A stretch of 64,000 nucleotides of DNA, from positions 10,992 through 74,991 of the forward strand of contig CACLIK010000001.1 in NCBI GenBank assembly GCA_902606965.1, in the 5' to 3' direction. The position numbers were made by a program, and so were the translations under genes. Shown here in pieces: positions 57,548-64,000 of this stretch. Origin of the DNA: an uncultured marine group I thaumarchaeote (GTDB lineage Archaea; Thermoproteota; Nitrososphaeria; Nitrososphaerales; Nitrosopumilaceae). The notes beneath the pieces were generated by a model. The model made no database searches. It was not told where the DNA came from and saw only the letters and a program-made list of their open reading frames with translations. The first letter of the stretch is position 1; each line of letters opens with the position of its first letter.

Positions 57548-58537
57548 TTGGAAGAAAAAATAATAGCGGCTATAATTGTATCAGCAATTGCTTTTTTTTC
57601 GATTTATGCGTTTACCCCTATTTTGATTAAATTTCTACAAAAGCGAAACCTGATGGTAAAGGACGTTAACAAATCAGGCAACGTCATGATACCTCGACCG
57701 GGTGGTATCTCCATACTGCTTGGAATTGTTGCATCAGAAATTACCTTATACCTCTTTTTCCCGATATCAGAGATTTTAGCTATAATCATAACATCCATTC
57801 TAGGATTTTCTGTTGGTATAATAGATGATAAAAAAACCATGGGTGGTTGGTTTAAACCTCTTGCACTAGCATTTTGTGCAGCACCTATACTTTTGTTAGG
57901 TGCATATGATTCAAATCTTGATTTCCCACTGTTTGGTTCGGTCAAAATACCGTCTTTGTATTTAGCTTTAGTGGTGTTTATGATCCCAATTATGGGAAAT
58001 ACAATAAATTCTATTGATGTTCTTAATGGAATAGCTAGTGGAGTTACTACAATTGCAAGTTTTGCATTGGCAATCTCACTGTTTATTCTGCAGAATTATG
58101 AGATTGGTATAGCTTGTTTATGCTTGGCTTTTGCTTCTCTTGCATTTTACAAATATCATAAATTTCCGAGTAGAATATTCCCTGGAGATTCTGGTGCTGT
58201 AATGTTTGGTGCAACATATGGTGTTATAGCTATTGTTGGTCAGGTAGAAGTTATTGCAGCAGTTGCAATTTTACCTGCTGTCATCAATTCATTTTTGTTT
58301 CTCTCAAGTGTGAAAAAGATAGTTGAACACAGAGAAATTAAAAATCCTGTCAAACACACTGATGACTTTAAACTAAAATCCACTGATGAAAATCATGCGC
58401 CAATTACATTAGTAAGATTGCTTATCGCAAAAAAACCATTATCAGAAAAACAAATTTGTAACGAGATTTTGAAATTGACTGCATTCTCAGGAATCTTAGC
58501 TGTCATTACTGCATTTATGATGGGAGTGAAAATTTAA
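57548..58537 (+). CDS. aglH: UDP-GlcNAc:dolichyl-phosphate GlcNAc-1-P transferase (AglH/GPT, MraY family)
   Basis: KDVNK..IPRPGG, GIIDD, NTINSIDVLNG, IFPGDSG. Confidence 0.85.
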   Translation: MEEKIIAAIIVSAIAFFSIYAFTPILIKFLQKRNLMVKDVNKSGNVMIPRPGGISILLGIVASEITLYLFFPISEILAIIITSILGFSVGIIDDKKTMGGWFKPLALAFCAAPILLLGAYDSNLDFPLFGSVKIPSLYLALVVFMIPIMGNTINSIDVLNGIASGVTTIASFALAISLFILQNYEIGIACLCLAFASLAFYKYHKFPSRIFPGDSGAVMFGATYGVIAIVGQVEVIAAVAILPAVINSFLFLSSVKKIVEHREIKNPVKHTDDFKLKSTDENHAPITLVRLLIAKKPLSEKQICNEILKLTAFSGILAVITAFMMGVKI

Positions 58538-58767
58538 TGAATACAAAAATTTACAGTTTTATCTTTGTAATGTGGATTCTGATGTTGATTGGTGGTGGAC
58601 TGATGACATTAATCATCGGACCATTTTCTCTAGGCAATATAGGAAACATTGATCCAATAATTTTATCAGGAGTCAAAGTTGGAATCGCCTTACTTTTAAT
58701 TTTTGTGTGGGTTTTAATATTAACAAAAGTTAAGAACTGGATATTCAAATCGCAAGTAAAATCTTAG
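58537..58767 (+). CDS. Small two-TM hypothetical membrane protein
   Basis: TAATG coupling to aglH; two hydrophobic helices. Confidence 0.7.
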   Translation: MNTKIYSFIFVMWILMLIGGGLMTLIIGPFSLGNIGNIDPIILSGVKVGIALLLIFVWVLILTKVKNWIFKSQVKS

Positions 58768-58769
58768 AT

Positions 58770-59246
58770 TCACTTACTTTTCCATTCTGTTTGTTTTTTA
58801 TTATATTCACTACGTGAATATTTTGGCTTTGCAGGGATTCCCATAACTACAGTATTTGGTGGAACATCCTTGGTGACTACCGCGCCCATTCCAACCACGC
58901 TATTTTTACCAATAGTTACACCTGCTTTGATTACAGCCCTGCTACCAATTATTGCATTGTCTTCAATTATTACACCAACTAATTTTTCACTAGGAGGATA
59001 AGGATCATTTGTCAGTGCGGCACTAGGTCCAATGAAGACATTTTTCCCAATTCTGGAAAGCGGTGGAATGTAAACTAATCCTTCAATGAGTGTATTATCT
59101 CCAATTTTTACGTCATAATCTATATGAGCTAGAGAACCGATCTTGACGTTGTTTCCAATTTCGACATCATCACCAACATAAGCAAAATTCCAAATTTTGG
59201 TATTTTCACCAATCTTTGCTTTGTCAGAAATATAGTTAGTAACCAA
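58770..59246 (-). CDS. Hexapeptide-repeat N-acetyltransferase (WbpD-like)
   Basis: IGENTKIWNFA, FIGPSAALTNDPYP, GAVVTKDVP..G.PA. Confidence 0.88.
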   Translation of the reverse strand: MVTNYISDKAKIGENTKIWNFAYVGDDVEIGNNVKIGSLAHIDYDVKIGDNTLIEGLVYIPPLSRIGKNVFIGPSAALTNDPYPPSEKLVGVIIEDNAIIGSRAVIKAGVTIGKNSVVGMGAVVTKDVPPNTVVMGIPAKPKYSRSEYNKKQTEWKSK

Positions 59247-59252
59247 AATATC

Positions 59253-59522
59253 TCACAAATGCCATGGTAGTGCCTTCGTTATAATTTTCTCTGGTAATTC
59301 CTTAGTGTTTCTTTTTAGAAATTCAATATCTTGTTTTTTATCTCTTAACTCATCAGGCAACATTATAGGAATTTCATCTATTATTGGAAAAAACCTAGAA
59401 CATTTTTCACAGTACAAAGATCCTTCAGTTATTTTTTCACTATCTGATTTATTCTCAAAAAGTTCTAAGGGATGGTGTTTATCTATAGGACATGCAAGTA
59501 TTTCTAATAATTTTCTATTCAT
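59253..59522 (-). CDS. Trm112-family methyltransferase activator
   Basis: LLEILACP, GSLYCEKCSRFFPIIDEIPIMLP. Confidence 0.9.
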   Translation of the reverse strand: MNRKLLEILACPIDKHHPLELFENKSDSEKITEGSLYCEKCSRFFPIIDEIPIMLPDELRDKKQDIEFLKRNTKELPEKIITKALPWHL

Positions 59523-60454
59523 CTTAGATCAAGATAGATTGGTGTACCTCTTTGACTTGATAAAAGTGCAGCTTCCGCAATTTTTGTAACATTTACAGCC
59601 TGTTCTGGTTTTACTATAAGTTCGTTTTTACTGTCTATTGCATCTAGAAAATTTCTTATTTCTAGTGATAGTGGTTCAGCTTTTTCATTTTTTGGGGTTT
59701 CTGTACCATAATCAGTCTCAACTCGAATTTCTTGAGTTATGAAATCGGAAAATATTCTAGCTTCAGTACAAACAGCATTAAAATTTCTTACACGTATAGG
59801 AGTTATCCAGTTTGAAGAAATTGTTGCGGTTTTGTTATCTTTAAAGCCTAATGTTATAGTGGCAAAGTCCTCATGCTCGTGATTAATTTTTCCAGCTATG
59901 GCAAAAACAACTTCTGGTGTGTCATCGAACAACCACATTGCAGTATCAATATCATGAACAGATGTATCATAAATCACTCCAACATCCTTGATATGTTGTG
60001 GCATTCTATGCTCACGATAAAATTCAAGTCTGATTAAATCGCCATATTTTTGTGATTTAAGGGAATTTTTTACAGAAGCCACAGCTGGATTAAATCGTTC
60101 TATATATCCACAAGTCAGAATTACATTATTTCTTTTTGCAAGGTCAACAAGATTCTGACCATCGTCAGATAGGTATGTCATTGGTTTTTCTATGAAAACA
60201 TGTTTTTTATTTTCAATTAGCTTTGTAGCAATATCTGAATGTGTAATAGTAGGCGTACAGACTAGTGCCGCATCAAATTCCTCCTGATCTAACAAATTCT
60301 CAAACGAACTGTAAGAATTAACAGAATATTTCTTCCCAAACTCTTCTACACGTTCTGAGTTTGCATCACATACTGCAGAAAGTACACCAAATTCTGAAAG
60401 TATCCTTGAATGGTTTTTTCCCCATCCTCCAACACCTATCTGAACAACTTTCAA
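59519..60454 (-). CDS. Gfo/Idh/MocA oxidoreductase (WbpB-like)
   Basis: GVGGWGKNH, TPT..H, EKP, GYIERFNP, DVGVIYDTSVHDID. Confidence 0.88.
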   Translation of the reverse strand: MKVVQIGVGGWGKNHSRILSEFGVLSAVCDANSERVEEFGKKYSVNSYSSFENLLDQEEFDAALVCTPTITHSDIATKLIENKKHVFIEKPMTYLSDDGQNLVDLAKRNNVILTCGYIERFNPAVASVKNSLKSQKYGDLIRLEFYREHRMPQHIKDVGVIYDTSVHDIDTAMWLFDDTPEVVFAIAGKINHEHEDFATITLGFKDNKTATISSNWITPIRVRNFNAVCTEARIFSDFITQEIRVETDYGTETPKNEKAEPLSLEIRNFLDAIDSKNELIVKPEQAVNVTKIAEAALLSSQRGTPIYLDLR

Positions 60455-61372
60455 TCAATACACCGCGGTTAACCAGTTAGAATAATTTTCGTTTTTATTC
60501 ATTACGATGTTTGAATAAGTGTCCATAAACAGTTTGGTCATATTCCCAACTTTTCCACTACCAATTTTCTTTTTATCAATTCTAATTATTGGTGTAATTT
60601 CTGCAGCTGTACCTGAAAGAAAAATTTCATCAGCGAGTCTTAATTCTTTTTTACTGACTTTTCGTACCTTAATCTTTAATTTCATATCCTTAGCTAATGT
60701 AATAATCGATTTTCGTGTAATTCCATCTAGTGCAGATGAGCTAAGTGGCGGAGTTACTAACATGTTATTTTTTACAAGAAATAGATTTTCACCAGGTGCT
60801 TCACTTACATTTCCAGATTGATCTAATAGAATTGCTTCATCAAACCCTCTTTGCTTTGCATCCTGCGTTGCTAAAATAGAATTTAGGTAGTTACCGCCCA
60901 TCTTTGCTTGTGTGGGTGTTGATAGATCACTAAATTTTCTCCATTTTGATATCGTTGCACTAATTCCATTCTTGTTGAATAAATCACCAAATGGAAAAGA
61001 AAAGATCGCTGTATGTGTTGGTGCCTTTTTGGTTACGTGTAGATTAATCCCATATTGTCCTACAAAATAAAATGGTCTAATGTAACATGATTTTTTGATT
61101 TTGTTTTTCTTACACAGATCTATTACGGCTTTTTCTATTTGTCTATCAGAAAAATTTAATGTGATATTGTAAAACTTGCCTGAATTCCTAAATCGTTTAA
61201 CATGATCATTCAATCTAAAAACATACAAGTTTTTTGAATTCCAATATGCTCTAATTCCTTCAAATATTGATGTGCCATAATGTATTGCATGCGTGGTTAC
61301 TGGAATCTTAGCTTTATCGAGTGGTATAAGCTTCCCATCAAACCAAATGTATTTTGAGAGAGAAAATTTCAC
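60455..61372 (-). CDS. ilvE: Branched-chain amino acid aminotransferase (paralog 2)
   Basis: HYGTSIFEGIRAY, AKMGGNYLNS, EAPGEN, LDGITR, SGTAAEI; GTG start. Confidence 0.9.
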   Translation of the reverse strand: MKFSLSKYIWFDGKLIPLDKAKIPVTTHAIHYGTSIFEGIRAYWNSKNLYVFRLNDHVKRFRNSGKFYNITLNFSDRQIEKAVIDLCKKNKIKKSCYIRPFYFVGQYGINLHVTKKAPTHTAIFSFPFGDLFNKNGISATISKWRKFSDLSTPTQAKMGGNYLNSILATQDAKQRGFDEAILLDQSGNVSEAPGENLFLVKNNMLVTPPLSSSALDGITRKSIITLAKDMKLKIKVRKVSKKELRLADEIFLSGTAAEITPIIRIDKKKIGSGKVGNMTKLFMDTYSNIVMNKNENYSNWLTAVY

Positions 61373-61401
61373 AGAAATTTGAATAGTTGTCTATAATTAA
61401 T

Positions 61402-62004
61402 CTATTTTGAATTATAACCTTCTTTTGGAAATTTCATTCCGGCTATCCTCATAGTCATATCTTCCTCAGAAGCAAATTTCTTCACTGTTTCCCAGTTTTC
61501 ATTTATTATCTTAGCAACGCCTGATGGTACTGATTTCTCCCATGATGATTTATCGTTTTGTATAGCCCCATACATTTCATTTTTTACTGATGTTGCAGAG
61601 ACTGATTTTCTAGTTCCCACTTTTGGATTTAACCGGTATAATTTTAGCATGAGACCTTCTGCCTTATCTCCTGTATATGTAAAGTAATCACCATCAATTC
61701 CTTGTAGAATTTGTTTCCTTAACGACCATGACTTTGGTGATATAAGTGGTGGAAAATATTTTTTGAATGGTGCCAAGAATGTATAATTTGATGAAACTAT
61801 AACTGAATCACCAAACACTGATTCAATCATTTTTTTCCTAGTTTCAAAATTAAATGGGAAACTTCTACTATTGATCTCCTTTTCTGCTTTTAGAAAACGT
61901 ACAGGCATTACAACTACCTCGTTTTCTTTTTTTTGTTCTTCAATAATCTCAACATGTGCGTTTGTCATTGGATTCAAGTGTGCAAGATAGATGCAGATAG
62001 TCAA
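61402..62004 (-). CDS. Nucleotidyltransferase (HxGH superfamily; NMNAT/PPAT-like)
   Basis: IYLAHLNPMTNAH, PFNFETRKKMI, VSATSVK, VPSGV. Confidence 0.75.
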   Translation of the reverse strand: MTICIYLAHLNPMTNAHVEIIEEQKKENEVVVMPVRFLKAEKEINSRSFPFNFETRKKMIESVFGDSVIVSSNYTFLAPFKKYFPPLISPKSWSLRKQILQGIDGDYFTYTGDKAEGLMLKLYRLNPKVGTRKSVSATSVKNEMYGAIQNDKSSWEKSVPSGVAKIINENWETVKKFASEEDMTMRIAGMKFPKEGYNSK

Positions 62005-62049
62005 TCATGCATTATTAATTATGGTCATATTTCAATGATTGATTTGGTA

Positions 62050-62123
62050 TGGAAACGGTAAGAGTTGAACCCATGATCCCCAGCGCCCGAGGCTGGCAGC
62101 ATATCAAGCTAACCTACATTTCT
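62050..62123 (-). tRNA. tRNA-Pro(CGG), degenerate / possible pseudo-tRNA
   Basis: Intact anticodon arm CCAGC-CTCGGGC-GCTGG and GGTTCAA, but A1-C72 mismatch, weak T-stem and no D-loop GG. Confidence 0.7.
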
Positions 62124-62160
62124 AAATTAAATTGGATTAGATAATATTATTTTTTAGTTT

Positions 62161-63030
62161 CTAGCCGTATGATTCAAACTTGACAGAGAAATTTCCATCC
62201 TTTGCTTTGTCTTTTTCTTTTTCTAATAGAAATCCAAGTGGACGTACAAAATTCAAAACACCGTCTACTGTTCCTTGCCAGCCACAAACATAAAAAATAG
62301 TATTTTGTGGAGTTATTTTGTCACCAACAAGTTCTTCAAGAGGGGAGCCGCTACCATTTTGTGGTTTTAAGAATTGTTCAACTCTTCCTGTTTGACCGGT
62401 CCATGATCTGTTAAACCATTCTTGTGGTCTGCTAATTGCTGCTCTATATTTGAAGTTCCATTTATCAGAACCTCGGTCTATACTTTCTTGATCCAAAGCA
62501 GTTAACTCATCCTTGTAGCTCAGTTCATCAACATAACTAGAACCATGTAAGCAGATAAGCTCTCGATGATCACCCACCGCATGAAGATGTCTAGCAAATG
62601 CCATGAATGGAGCAATTCCAGTACCACCACTCACACAAACAATTCTTCTTTCGTCCTTGCTACCGTCCGCTAATTTATTGCTAATTTGTAGAGCATTTCC
62701 AGTTGGTGGAAGCCATGATACTTCACTTCCTTCACCAGAATTGAATAGTGCAGTTGTTACACGTCCGGGTAGTGGCTTTCGAACCCATCTAATTACCAAT
62801 TCTATGAATTTTTTATTTTCAGGATGTGAAGCTATGGAGTATGCCCTTCGAATAATTTTATTGTCCTCACTTGGTATTGGCATACCAAGAGTAATAAATT
62901 GACCAGTCTCATAATCTGGAATCACACCGTCTTCTGGAACGAGTCTAAAAACTGCTAGATCCTCCTTCATTAATTGAACATATGTCAAAGTAGCTTTTTT
63001 ATCGACTGCCATATTCGTTAGATCCGCCAT
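62161..63030 (-). CDS. Ferredoxin-NADP+ reductase (FNR/Fpr type)
   Basis: GQFITLG, RRAYSIAS, GGTGIAPF, AISR, YVCG, terminal ESYG. Confidence 0.92.
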   Translation of the reverse strand: MADLTNMAVDKKATLTYVQLMKEDLAVFRLVPEDGVIPDYETGQFITLGMPIPSEDNKIIRRAYSIASHPENKKFIELVIRWVRKPLPGRVTTALFNSGEGSEVSWLPPTGNALQISNKLADGSKDERRIVCVSGGTGIAPFMAFARHLHAVGDHRELICLHGSSYVDELSYKDELTALDQESIDRGSDKWNFKYRAAISRPQEWFNRSWTGQTGRVEQFLKPQNGSGSPLEELVGDKITPQNTIFYVCGWQGTVDGVLNFVRPLGFLLEKEKDKAKDGNFSVKFESYG

Positions 63031-63148
63031 TAGTAGTTAATAAAGATCACAGAAATGAGTTACGCCTAAATTAATTTTCCATAATATTACAAAAAAACAT
63101 AATTTGAATATGATAAATGTTAAAATTTAGCCAACCTTGTTAATTTTT

Positions 63149-63865
63149 GTGTCCGATAAGAAGGAAGAATCACAACCATCAACGCTTTCAGAAGCAGAAG
63201 CGGAACAAGCCCTAGCCAAAGCGGAATATGAGGCAGCGAAAGAAGAAGCAGAAGAAGCAAAACCTGCTGATGGAACACTTAGAACAACGACAATTTCGGA
63301 TGCAGTTGCTGCATCAGAAGCTGTCGCACAGGCCGAGTCTGCATATGAGGCAGCAAAAGTAAAAGTAAAGGCTGCAAGGGAGACATCAGAAGCTGCTTGG
63401 AAAGCAGAATATGAAGCTGCAAAAGCTGAAGCAGGAGGAAAAAGAGAGTCAGGACAATTTTCTAATAAGCGCAAACAAGATCGTATATTTCGAAGAGAAA
63501 TGGGTGAACCAGAATTTTTCTTGATGGATAGAGACATTCCATTAACACCAATACTTACGGGAGATCAAATAGAAGAGATTGCCAGAGAAGTGCAAACTCC
63601 AAAAGATCAAACACCACAATACAATCCAGAAAACATACTTAGTCCTGAATTTGGTGGAGGCTCAAATTATGAGACTGGTCTAACAGATTTAATTGAAGAA
63701 GCCAAACAAAAATTGAACAAACTTTTGAACGATCCTGAAGCCACACAACAAGAGGTTCAACTTGCTAAACTTGATCTAAAAAAATTGGAATATTTATATG
63801 ACAATTTTAACATGGGAATGAATGTTTTCAGAACTGCAAAAGGCGGTAGAGACAAACTTGACTGA
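63149..63865 (+). CDS. Hypothetical protein with Ala/Glu-rich repeat N-terminus
   Basis: Long ORF; probable GTG start 63149 (TTG 63137 possible); three AEYEAAK-like repeats. Confidence 0.75.
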   Translation: MSDKKEESQPSTLSEAEAEQALAKAEYEAAKEEAEEAKPADGTLRTTTISDAVAASEAVAQAESAYEAAKVKVKAARETSEAAWKAEYEAAKAEAGGKRESGQFSNKRKQDRIFRREMGEPEFFLMDRDIPLTPILTGDQIEEIAREVQTPKDQTPQYNPENILSPEFGGGSNYETGLTDLIEEAKQKLNKLLNDPEATQQEVQLAKLDLKKLEYLYDNFNMGMNVFRTAKGGRDKLD

Positions 63866-64000
63866 AAATAATTTTCAGATCATGAATGCAAGAATTACTT
63901 TTAGAAATGTTCCATTGCATAAATTAGCAAACTTTTCATTCAAAGATGTCGCTGTTGCATGTAAATCTTTTATAGAAAATGCTGATGCTTCAGAGTGTCT
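63858..64000 (+). CDS. hemA: Glutamyl-tRNA reductase, N-terminal part (runs off window end)
   Basis: (M)TENNFQIMNARITFRNVPLHKLANFSFKD...DASEC resembles the thaumarchaeal HemA N-terminus just before the TCNR motif; overlaps the upstream stop. Confidence 0.6.
   Translation, partial: MTENNFQIMNARITFRNVPLHKLANFSFKDVAVACKSFIENADASEC

Overview
Core-genome segment of an AT-rich marine ammonia-oxidising archaeon (Nitrososphaerota/Thaumarchaeota, Nitrosopumilaceae; Ca. Nitrosopelagicus-like by inference). The window is very gene-dense. It holds an 11-subunit complex I operon (nuoABCDHIJKMLN, no EFG), 3HP/4HB carbon-fixation genes (acetyl/propionyl-CoA carboxylase, ADP-forming 4-hydroxybutyrate-CoA ligase, 4-hydroxybutyryl-CoA dehydratase), replication genes (RFC-L, RFC-S, GINS, MCM, Hel308), translation genes, nine intron-less tRNA genes (one degenerate) and a two-gene AT-rich islet after tRNA-Lys. 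No CRISPR array, transposase, integrase or rRNA was seen. Best leads: (1) a double-guide box C/D sRNA at 5292-5354 whose guides match 23S H69/H71; (2) a 'hypothetical' 371-aa protein at 23199-24314 that looks like a degenerate class I isoprenoid-synthase fold; (3) a GATC-dense inverted repeat in the divergent rfcS / gins-mcm promoter; (4) a CADD-type self-sacrificing pABA synthase; (5) a DPM2-like membrane protein; (6) a zinc-ribbon/PRC/SHOCT/thioredoxin cluster; (7) candidate autoregulatory elements for L7Ae and TBP. All family assignments come from reading motifs by eye; no database searches were run.
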